A stretch of DNA of 64,000 bases, taken from an uncultured delta proteobacterium (GTDB taxonomy: Bacteria > Desulfobacterota > Desulfobacteria > Desulfobacterales > JAFDCJ01). Below, one piece after another: positions 23,885 through 32,181 of this stretch. Each line of letters starts with the position of its first letter. Position 1 is the first letter of the stretch. The translations under genes were made by a program, and so were the position numbers. The notes below the pieces were generated by a model. It did not search any database. It was given only the letters and a program-made list of their open reading frames with translations, and had not been told where the DNA came from. The DNA is taken from NCBI GenBank assembly GCA_963769935.1, contig CAVYNY010000018.1, positions 295,016 to 359,015 on the forward strand. Direction: 5' to 3'.

Positions 23885-25180
23885 CTAAGATTCGATTTCA
23901 TTTTTTAATACCGCTAAAAACCGATCCACCTCCTCTTTTGTGTTGTAATGCGCCAGACCGGCCCGCACCATGCCGCCGGAGTCTTCCACCCCCAGCCGTT
24001 CAGTGACAGCCAGCGCGTAATAGTTGCCATGCCAGACAAAAATTCCCTGTTGGGCCAAATCTCCGGCTATTGCTTCCGGGGATAGTCCCTGCCTGGTAAA
24101 TGCCAGGGTCGGGCATCTTTCATGAAATTGATCCGGATTTAAAATTCCATATATCTTTAGGCCGGAAATTTTTTCCAACTCCCTTATCATATAAGAAAAT
24201 AAAGGACGCTCATAAGCCGCTATTATCCCCATGGCCTGCTTTAATTCTTTGCGGCGGCCGCTATAGTTATTCAGATTTAATCCTTCCAGGGTGGCGCTGC
24301 TGCCGTACCGGCGCCCGACTTCCGCCAGATAATCGACCGCGGCAACTACGCCGGCCAGGCCTTCGTGATTGAGGGTACCGGTTTCAAACTTGTAGGGCGG
24401 GTTGGGGTTTGAAGGCCGGACCTTGTCGGCGGCCAATTGTTCGAGCAAATCCGGCCTGCCCCATGCGACGCCCACATGGGGTCCGAAAAATTTATAGGCC
24501 GAACAGACCAGAAAATCGCAATCAATGTTTTGAACATCGATGGCACCGTGAGGTGCATAGTGAACTGCATCGACCCATACCCAGGCGCCGGCGGCATGTG
24601 CCATTGAGGCAATTTTTTTAATGGGATTGATGGTTCCCACAGCGTTGGATGCATACCCCAGCGCAATCAGCCTGGTTTTTGGGGAAAGCAGTGAGGCCAG
24701 GTGTTCAAGATCCAGGCGGCAGTCGTTGACCTTAAAATTTGCCCATTTGACGATAATCCCTTTTTCTTTCAGCGCCAACCAGGGCGATATGTTGGCGTCA
24801 TGATCCAGATGGGTGACGATTATTTCATCTCCGGGTTGCAGCATACGCCCGATTGCGCGGCTGATGCTGAAGGTCAGCGTGGTCATATTGGCGCCGAAAA
24901 TGATTTCGTGTTCGGAACCGGCATTTAAAAAATCGGCCATGGCCGTCCGGGCCTGGACGATCATTTCATCATTTCGATGACTGGTAATGAAAGCACCGCC
25001 GCAATTGGCATTGGCCCGTTTGAAATACGCCGCCATGGCGTCCATGACGGCCTGGGGCACCTGGGTGCCGCCCGGTCCGTCAAAATATACATATGGTCGG
25101 CCCATTTCATCGTGTTGTTCCAAGGCGGGAAACCGGGCTCTTAAAGGTGAAAGATCTAATTTTGATTCCCAATATTCCAT
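23885..25180 (-). CDS. Cysteine desulfurase-like PLP enzyme (aminotransferase class V)
   Basis: YFDGPGGTQ, DHDAN, VDAVH, SAYKFFGPH, FETGT. The first codons (MEYWE) overlap the octamer repeat. Confidence 0.88.
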   Translation of the reverse strand: MEYWESKLDLSPLRARFPALEQHDEMGRPYVYFDGPGGTQVPQAVMDAMAAYFKRANANCGGAFITSHRNDEMIVQARTAMADFLNAGSEHEIIFGANMTTLTFSISRAIGRMLQPGDEIIVTHLDHDANISPWLALKEKGIIVKWANFKVNDCRLDLEHLASLLSPKTRLIALGYASNAVGTINPIKKIASMAHAAGAWVWVDAVHYAPHGAIDVQNIDCDFLVCSAYKFFGPHVGVAWGRPDLLEQLAADKVRPSNPNPPYKFETGTLNHEGLAGVVAAVDYLAEVGRRYGSSATLEGLNLNNYSGRRKELKQAMGIIAAYERPLFSYMIRELEKISGLKIYGILNPDQFHERCPTLAFTRQGLSPEAIAGDLAQQGIFVWHGNYYALAVTERLGVEDSGGMVRAGLAHYNTKEEVDRFLAVLKNEIES

Positions 25181-25262
25181 TTTTCCATCCTTCCATTATT
25201 CCATGGGTTATCTGACGGCCAAAACCACTCCTCAACCAAATAACTAACGATTAACTAACAAC
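25163..25262. repeat. Second, partial copy of the octamer-repeat element
   Basis: cccaatatt ccattttt ccatcctt ccattatt ccat, then short taacta/taacga repeats. Confidence 0.55.
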
Positions 25263-25274
25263 TCCCAATCGGCG

Positions 25275-26156
25275 CTATAACGACCCGGTCATCAGGTCGG
25301 CGATCGTGTCGGCCTGACGGATATAATCGTTGTATCGATCTTTCATTTCCGCCACAACCTGAGGACTGTCCGGATTTTCCAAATGATGCGGAAAAAATGC
25401 CGGAAGCCGGTCAAGCGGTATGCTAAAAGGATATCGGTGCTGAACAAGGATGGATGAAATTCGCACGACACCGGTCTGAGCCGGATAGTTGTCTGAATTT
25501 TCAGGCCTGTGATGATTGGCGACCAGTTCAATTACCGCCTGCGGAATATGCCACTTTTTAAGAAACAGGGCGCCGGCTTCGGTATGATCCATGCCGATCA
25601 GCGTGCGTTCCATTTCGAGCGACCATTGGCCGACATCCTCTTTGGCTGTAATCGCGGTTTTTATTATTCCGGGCATAATTTTGTCAAACACGATCCAGCC
25701 GATATCGTGCAGCAGACCGGCCAGGAAAATATCGGGCCCGTCCGGTTTATTTAAGACTTTTCTTAATTCCAGTGACTTGGCCAGAAATGAAGTGGCAACG
25801 GAATGGCGCCATAATTGCCGTCGATCCATCTGACCGCCGCCCCATTTGTTGAAAACATCTAAAACACCCACGCTGCTGCATATGGCGACCAGATTATTCA
25901 AACCGATAGTAAAGATAGCCTCCTCCAGCGTTTTGGCCGAATCCCGACGATGGAAAAACGCTGAATTTGCCATCATCATGACTTTGGCCGCCAGGGGAGG
26001 GTCGGGAAGAATGACGTTTTTAAGATCACGATAACTGGTCTTGGGATCCTGTGAGAGGGCCACAATTCGTTGGGCAACCTGTGGCAGGGTGGGTAGATCC
26101 TTGAGGCTTTCAATTGCCGTAATGATTCTTTTTCGTTGAAGTCTGGGATCTGGCAT
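25275..26156 (-). CDS. HDOD domain signal protein
   Basis: LPTLP, DPPLAAKV...ANSA, LWRHS, GLLHDIG, H...GA..L..W..P. Confidence 0.9.
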   Translation of the reverse strand: MPDPRLQRKRIITAIESLKDLPTLPQVAQRIVALSQDPKTSYRDLKNVILPDPPLAAKVMMMANSAFFHRRDSAKTLEEAIFTIGLNNLVAICSSVGVLDVFNKWGGGQMDRRQLWRHSVATSFLAKSLELRKVLNKPDGPDIFLAGLLHDIGWIVFDKIMPGIIKTAITAKEDVGQWSLEMERTLIGMDHTEAGALFLKKWHIPQAVIELVANHHRPENSDNYPAQTGVVRISSILVQHRYPFSIPLDRLPAFFPHHLENPDSPQVVAEMKDRYNDYIRQADTIADLMTGSL

Positions 26157-26462
26157 CGTCTTCCTTAATCGTCCGGAGAGTTGCGGGCAATACCCTAATT
26201 ATGCCGGTGCTTTTGATAACAGGCTGATCGGGTAAAGTGAACTTTTCCTCTGACGGCCCATAGCTAAAACCATCATTCTTATACTTGGGCCAGTGATCGG
26301 TCGCGTGATTCGGCCCCAAAATATATATATTAGCAGAATTCAACCCACGGTAAAATGCCAAAATTTTGCTTGTATCAATTATTTAAATATTATACAAGGA
26401 ATCAGAAGGTTAGGTTACAGATAGCTCCGACGCAGGCTGATAATTTGAGGCAAGGATGGGCC

Positions 26463-27209
26463 ATGTCAGCTAAAACTATTGATCAGGTAATTGAGCAGCT
26501 CGATGACATTGTCGAGCGGACAAAGCGGCATAAAAGCAGGCTGGGCTATTTTGGGGCTTTATATCGCAAAGTCACCCTTAAAGTAAAAGCCGGAATCAAT
26601 GAGGGCTTTTTTGAGGACGGCGGACGCATGGAGCGCTTGGATGTGATTTTTGCCAACCGCTATCTTGAGGCCTTCGAACAGAATCAAAAAAATATCCCGC
26701 CGACCCGATCATGGCAGCTTGCCTTCGAAACTTCCAAGCGCTGGTGGCCCATTGTGCTGCAGCATTTGCTCCTGGGCATGAATGCCCATATTAATCTCGA
26801 TCTGGGTATTGCGGCTGCGCGCACCAGCCCCGGAGCAGCGGTGCATGGCCTCAAGAATGATTTCAATAAAATCAATGAGATTCTCGCGGCGCTGGTTGAC
26901 GGGGTGGAACAGGAGCTGGCGCAGATCTGGCCGGTGCTGGGGCTTTTGGACTATACGGCCGGAAGGACCGATGAAGTCCTGATCAACTTTAACATGCAAA
27001 AGGCCCGCGACCATGCCTGGAAAATCGCGGAAAAACTGGCGCCTCTTGAACCAGCAGCGCAGGCGCCGGTGATAAATGAACTGGATGCCGGAATCGCAGT
27101 ATTTGGCCGCGTGATTTGTCATCCCGGGTTCGTCGTCGGTGCGGTTAATAAAATTATCCGCTTGGGAGAAAGAGGAACCATCCCCCATATAATAGACCTG
27201 CTGAGTTAG
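26463..27209 (+). CDS. DUF5995-like hypothetical protein
   Basis: GYF..LY..VT, FANRYL, LLGMNAHINLDL, DF.KIN.IL. Start taken at the ATG at 26463 rather than 26355. Confidence 0.7.
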   Translation: MSAKTIDQVIEQLDDIVERTKRHKSRLGYFGALYRKVTLKVKAGINEGFFEDGGRMERLDVIFANRYLEAFEQNQKNIPPTRSWQLAFETSKRWWPIVLQHLLLGMNAHINLDLGIAAARTSPGAAVHGLKNDFNKINEILAALVDGVEQELAQIWPVLGLLDYTAGRTDEVLINFNMQKARDHAWKIAEKLAPLEPAAQAPVINELDAGIAVFGRVICHPGFVVGAVNKIIRLGERGTIPHIIDLLS

Positions 27210-27309
27210 ACTTCCAAAATCCCGCTTGAAATTTTCCGTAAAACGGATATGTTACGACCTGAATTTTGAATTCTCAAATTCAGCTGGTTGTCGCCCCTGA
27301 AATTTTAAT

Positions 27310-28107
27310 ATGAACCATCGGAATGTCACTGAAAATTCTATGGATATCACCGCTCGCGCAAACGAATTGATGGCAGACGGTCAAATTTTTTGCCTTGCCA
27401 CGGTTGTCTCTTCAGACATGCCCGGCATTGCGGCCGGACAAAAAGCGATTATTCTCGCAGACGGCTCGCTGGAAGGGGAAAGCGGCCAGGCGCAGCTGGA
27501 TTTGGCCATCCGGGATCAGGCGCTGGTCGTTCTCAAGGCTAAAAAGCGCGGGATGTTTGAAATTCAAAACGGGCTGCGTGTATTTTTCGATATACTTACC
27601 TGCGAATCCTCCCTGGTTGTCTGTGGAGCCGGACATATAGCCATTCCCCTGGTGCGCTTTGCGAAGGCAGTTGGATTCAAGGTTACCGTGCTTGATGATC
27701 GCTCCGATTTTGCGCATCCCTCCCGTTTTCCGGCCTGCACCGTTATTGCGGAAAATTTTTCAATCGCTTTGCGGGATATGTCGCTGGATGCATCCTCTTA
27801 TGTGGTCATTATCACCCGGGGTCATGAGCACGATGTGGACTGCCTGATGGAAATTTTGCCGAAGAAAGCCGCCTATGTGGGGTTGATCGGAAGTCGCCGG
27901 CGGGTGCGGTTTGTGCTTGAATGGCTGGAGAAAAACGGCATTTCCCGGCAGCGGTTGAATGATGTGTTTACCCCCATCGGCATTCCTATCGGAGCCGAAT
28001 CACCCGAAGAAATTGCGCTCTCCATCGTGGCCGAACTGGTCTGCGTGCGCCGCAAAGGCAGCGTCCGGGCGCGGACCCTGAGAGCGGCCGCAGGTATTGA
28101 TATATGA
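27310..28107 (+). CDS. XdhC/CoxI family molybdoenzyme accessory protein (Rossmann part)
   Basis: GAGHIA, ITRGH..D, YVGLIGSRRR, PIG..IGAESPEEIALSI.AE. Confidence 0.88.
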   Translation: MNHRNVTENSMDITARANELMADGQIFCLATVVSSDMPGIAAGQKAIILADGSLEGESGQAQLDLAIRDQALVVLKAKKRGMFEIQNGLRVFFDILTCESSLVVCGAGHIAIPLVRFAKAVGFKVTVLDDRSDFAHPSRFPACTVIAENFSIALRDMSLDASSYVVIITRGHEHDVDCLMEILPKKAAYVGLIGSRRRVRFVLEWLEKNGISRQRLNDVFTPIGIPIGAESPEEIALSIVAELVCVRRKGSVRARTLRAAAGIDI

Positions 28108-28421
28108 CGGATCGAGAAATATTCCAAAAGCTTTCGGAACTGAAAAATCAGGCAATCGACGCCGCGCTGGCCACCATCGTTGAAACCAGCGGTTCCACGC
28201 CCCGTGCGGTCGGCGCTAAAATGATTATCTGTGCCGACGGCACCCTTTACGGAACTGTCGGCGGCGGATGCGGTGAGAGCGAAGTGCGCAGTGCCGCTTT
28301 GCGTTGTCTGCTGACGACAAAGCAACCGGAACTCATTGAAGTCAGCTTGTTGGACGACTTGGGAACCAAAGGAGGAGATGTCTGCGGCGGCAAGATGTGG
28401 ATGTTTGTCGAACCGGTTTAA
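28104..28421 (+). CDS. Stand-alone XdhC/CoxI N-terminal domain
   Basis: LATIVETSGSTPR..GAKM, GTVGGGCGE, CGG.M.MFVEP. Overlaps the upstream gene by ATGA. Confidence 0.85.
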   Translation: MTDREIFQKLSELKNQAIDAALATIVETSGSTPRAVGAKMIICADGTLYGTVGGGCGESEVRSAALRCLLTTKQPELIEVSLLDDLGTKGGDVCGGKMWMFVEPV

Positions 28422-28570
28422 CCGTTTTGATGGTTGTGATGGTTTAGATGGTCCCGATGAAATTCGCTTCGCTGATACTTCGTATATTTCATTGGATAAA
28501 TTTGGATGGTTTTGGTGGCTAAAAAAGGCTGGTATTTTTGTTTCCAGAAAAAAATCGCCGCGAGCCCTTT

Positions 28571-28602
28571 AAAATAAAAGGGTGGTTCAGAACGAACCAC
28601 CC
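28571..28602 (-). terminator. Rho-independent terminator on the minus strand
   Basis: Perfect 9-bp stem gggtggttc/gaaccaccc (28580-28602) followed on the minus strand by ttttatttt. Confidence 0.65.
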
Positions 28603-28733
28603 GGGGAAGGAGAAATTGAGAGGTCGAATTTTTAATGTAGCCCCCCTCATGGGTGGGTCTTTACACCAAGATGATAAACAAATTCAATGGGGTAAACACT
28701 GTATTTTTTTGCAAAAAAATATGTATTTATCTA

Positions 28734-30797
28734 TTATTCCGGTACATTTCGTTCCAGTTCATCCAGCCAGACAACGGCCTCTGAGTCACTCGGAGCGCGC
28801 CAGTCGCCCCGCGGAGAAAGCGATCCTCCTGAGCCTACTTTAGGCGCGTTCGGCATTGCCGAGCGTTTAAACTGACTGATCTTAAAAAATCGGTACAGAA
28901 AAACCCGCAGCCATTTTTTAATGGTGGCCGGATCGTACTCGTTGCGCTTTTCGGGCGGAATCAGTTCGGGCCAAGCGCCGCGGTTGCGATCGTTCCAGGC
29001 ACTTTGGCTTAAAAAAGCGACCTTGCTAGGCCGATATCCGAGACGTGTGACGTAATAGAGATTGAAATCCTGCAGCTCATAGGGGCCGATTTGAGTCTCG
29101 GTACTCTGGGCCGGCTGGTCGCTTTTCCCGTTGGATTGTGGAATCAATTCAGGGGATATCTCCGTATCCAGAATCGATTGCAGGATCCGGCCGGTCTCGG
29201 GTCCGAACTGGTCGATTTTGATAATCCAGCGCAGCAGGTGCTGGATCAGGGTCTTGGGGACGGAAGCATTCACGTTGTAGTGAGACATCTGATCGCCGAC
29301 GCCGTAGGTGCACCATCCCAGGGCCAGTTCGCTCAGATCCCCGGTGCCGACGACCATTGCATGGTGCAAATTGGCCAACCGAAACAGGTGGGATGTTCGC
29401 TCGCCGGCCTGGACATTTTCATAGGTGACATCGTAAACGGTTTCCCCCTTGGCATGGGGATGCTCTATGTCCTTTAGCATCTGCATCGACGCGGGACGAA
29501 TATCCAGCTCATGGGCCGTCACGCCGAGCGCCTTCATCAGCCGGTGCGAATTTTGGTTTGTAATCTTGCTGGTGGCAAACCCGGGCATGGTATAAGCAAG
29601 GATGTTTGCGCGCGGCAAGCCGAGTCTATCCATGGTCCGCGCGCACACGATCAGCGCCTGGGTGGAATCGAGCCCCCCGGATACCCCGATGACCACCCGC
29701 TTGGTTCCCGTTGCCGACAGCCGTTTCATCAGACCGTGAATCTGAATGTTGTAAACCTCATAGCACCGCTCGTCGCGGGCCGTCAAATCGCTTGGCACAT
29801 AGGGAAAGCGCTGCACCTCCCTGATAAGCGGGATATTGCCCGTGGGAATGGAAAATTCGAATTTAATGCGGCGCATCGCCCTGATTTTTTCGCGGCAATC
29901 CATGATATTGTCACTGAAGCTCGTCGTTCGCATCCGATCCTGCAGCAGCCGGTCGAGGTCTATATCGGTGGCGATTATCTGCTCCTCATCGGCAAAGCGC
30001 TGCGACTGGGCCAGCAGGTCCCGGTTCTCATAGATCAGAGCCTGTCCATCCCAGGCCAGGTCGGTGGTGGATTCACCCGGCCCCGCCGCCGAGTACATAT
30101 AGGCGGCAATACATTTGGCCGATTGTGAGGCGCATAAAAGCTGCCGATAGGCCGCTTTGCCGACCGTAATATTGCTGGCGGAAAGATTTGCCAGTATGGT
30201 AGCCCCCGCCAGCGCCCCATACGTGCTGGGCGGGATGGGCGACCAAATATCTTCACAAACTTCAACGAAAAGGCTGAAGCCGTCAACGTTGGCGGCTTCG
30301 AAAACAAGGTCGTTGCCGATGGGCGTGTCCTGGCCGAGAAACGACACCTCCCGCGAGACGGCCTTGACGGCGCCGGTAAACTGGCGCTTTTCATAAAACT
30401 CCCGGTAGTTCGGCAGATAGGTTTTGGGAACGATTCCCAGCACCGATCCGCGATAGATGACCACGCCGCAGTTGAACAGCCGGCCGTAGAATCTGAGGGG
30501 GGCGCCGACAATGATGATGGGCAGCAGCTCGCGGCTTGCGGTCACGATTCGAGCAACGGCATCCCGGCTGGCCTCCAGCAGGGCATCCTGGTGAAACAGG
30601 TCTTCGTTCGAATAGGCCGATATCCCCAGCTCCGGAAAGAGCACGACGGCGGCGTTCATCTCGGCGGCCCGGCGTGCCAGGGCCAGTGTCTGACCGGCAT
30701 TGTAAACCGGGGCGGCCACTTTCAAAAAAGGAACACAAACCGCGGCCCGGATAAATCCATGCGAGTAGATTGAATTAAACTGGGAGTCCATTGGCAT
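28734..30797 (-). CDS. nadE: Glutamine-dependent NAD+ synthetase
   Basis: Nitrilase domain (FPEL, PKTYLP, VCED) plus synthetase domain ([32 protein letters not shown]). Confidence 0.95.
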   Translation of the reverse strand: MPMDSQFNSIYSHGFIRAAVCVPFLKVAAPVYNAGQTLALARRAAEMNAAVVLFPELGISAYSNEDLFHQDALLEASRDAVARIVTASRELLPIIIVGAPLRFYGRLFNCGVVIYRGSVLGIVPKTYLPNYREFYEKRQFTGAVKAVSREVSFLGQDTPIGNDLVFEAANVDGFSLFVEVCEDIWSPIPPSTYGALAGATILANLSASNITVGKAAYRQLLCASQSAKCIAAYMYSAAGPGESTTDLAWDGQALIYENRDLLAQSQRFADEEQIIATDIDLDRLLQDRMRTTSFSDNIMDCREKIRAMRRIKFEFSIPTGNIPLIREVQRFPYVPSDLTARDERCYEVYNIQIHGLMKRLSATGTKRVVIGVSGGLDSTQALIVCARTMDRLGLPRANILAYTMPGFATSKITNQNSHRLMKALGVTAHELDIRPASMQMLKDIEHPHAKGETVYDVTYENVQAGERTSHLFRLANLHHAMVVGTGDLSELALGWCTYGVGDQMSHYNVNASVPKTLIQHLLRWIIKIDQFGPETGRILQSILDTEISPELIPQSNGKSDQPAQSTETQIGPYELQDFNLYYVTRLGYRPSKVAFLSQSAWNDRNRGAWPELIPPEKRNEYDPATIKKWLRVFLYRFFKISQFKRSAMPNAPKVGSGGSLSPRGDWRAPSDSEAVVWLDELERNVPE

Positions 30798-31014
30798 CTC
30801 GCTGAGATTAGGTTTATTCCAACATGTGAAAACCTGGTCCTATTTATTATACCCAATCTAAACATATCTATTTGAAAAAGCAATTCAATTTCGGGATGGT
30901 GGCAAGTTGGGAGAAAATAAAGGGCAAGTCAGGGAATTGATATCAGAATAATGCAGGTCTAACCGGGGTCAATGTGAAAACCTGGTGTTGGCTCTCGGAT
31001 TGCGGGTCCGCGCT

Positions 31015-31287
31015 TTAATCTCCCCGGATGAATCTATCCAGCTCGGATTTGACCACTCGCCAGCCGCGCCCGATTCTTTGGGCTTTGATTTTACCGGACT
31101 TGATATACTTCAGGTATGTCGGGCGGGAAATCCTGAGATAGCAGCAGGCTTCCGGAGTACTAAATATTGCACCATTATCAATAGGATCCGGATTAGAATC
31201 GGTGCGCCGATCATAGCCGTTGCGCCGGTCGGACAGCTTGCGGCGATCATCGCGCCTGCGTTGATTTAACCTGCGTTTCTTTATCAT
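31015..31287 (-). CDS. Excisionase/BldC-like HTH_17 DNA-binding protein with an N-terminal DRR-repeat tail
   Basis: FSTPEACCYLRISRPTYLKYIKSGKIKAQRIGRGWRVVKSELDRFI. N-terminus RRRDDRRKLSDRRNGYDRR. gaggt RBS upstream. Confidence 0.85.
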   Translation of the reverse strand: MIKKRRLNQRRRDDRRKLSDRRNGYDRRTDSNPDPIDNGAIFSTPEACCYLRISRPTYLKYIKSGKIKAQRIGRGWRVVKSELDRFIRGD

Positions 31288-31530
31288 GAAATCGACCTCG
31301 AATCTTTTATTTAAATCAGGATGGTCTCAATCTAATATTATCGGCATTCAAACCGATTTCTTTACCACCCAATACCGTACTTATCGATAGAAACTGCTAA
31401 ATCGCAATTCAATACCTTTCCTTTTCTTTTTTCGAGTACCGACGCTTTCCGGCAGAATATCGTCCTTTTAGGATACTTGTCCGGTTATAATCAATTATTT
31501 TTTACCGACCAGGAATATTATTTACCCTCA

Positions 31531-31570
31531 ATGTGTAAAATACTGTAAAATCATGTAAAATGCTGTAAAT
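31531..31570 (+). promoter_or_regulatory. Four phased 10-bp direct repeats (nnnTGTAAAA), candidate operator
   Basis: atgtgtaaaa tactgtaaaa tcatgtaaaa tgctgtaaat, in the divergent intergenic region. Confidence 0.6.
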
Positions 31571-31881
31571 ATTAATTTTTTTTCTTGTAAATAGCGACGG
31601 AATATATTAAGGACCGCTTGAATATCCGATCTATTGAATGATTAAAAATAAATCAAACCCGCCATTATTCGATGATGAATTGCTATCAAACACCTTCCAT
31701 TATCTGGGTGACTGCTGATGAAACGATCTTGCATTTGGTTACGGATCTATGACTTTCTTTTGTTATGCGACTTGTCGTTTTGTCGGTTAGGCATGCCCGC
31801 CGGCCGCTGTTTTAAGGGCACGGGATTATCACCCTTTGAGGGGGGGTATTGATAGAAGTAATAGCCAAACAGCGATAGATG

Positions 31882-32121
31882 AAAGGTCAGAGGTGCGAGG
31901 CGGAAAGATGCAGTTATAAGGTTAAAGGACAAAGGATAAAGGTCAAAGAAGAATGGCTGGAAGGCGTGGAAGCTGATAGGCTTAAACGGATTGGTTGCTC
32001 GATGCTGGTCTCACCTTCTCACCTTCATACCTTCTCACCATCGGTCCTTGGCCTTCTGATTATGGTTTTTTTTGTCCTCCGTCTTCTATTTTCTGCCGTC
32101 TGTGCTCTGTGATCTAACATC
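31882..32121. repeat. Degenerate 7- and 8-mer microrepeat tracts (purine-rich, then pyrimidine-rich)
   Basis: aaggtta aaggaca aaggata aaggtca (31918-31945); ctcacctt ctcacctt catacctt (32010-32033); tgtcctc cgtcttc tattttc tgccgtc tgtgctc tgtgatc (32073-32114). Confidence 0.65.
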
Positions 32122-32181
32122 TGCTTGCCTCGCCATAGCCCTTTTGGGCGACGGCGGATCATCTGCATTCGGAGGGGGAAA

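Noticed and set aside
26355..26462. Extended N-termini of ORFs 26355 and 32125
   Set aside because: Better starts with RBS-like sequences lie at 26463 and 32182.
31015..31287. Prophage or ICE excisionase marking an integrated element
   Set aside because: No integrase, att-like repeat or phage/conjugation genes are in the window.
31600..31880. c-di-GMP (GEMM) riboswitch ahead of the operon
   Set aside because: The GGCAAAC...GAAA...GACGCAAAGC-type consensus is not present.
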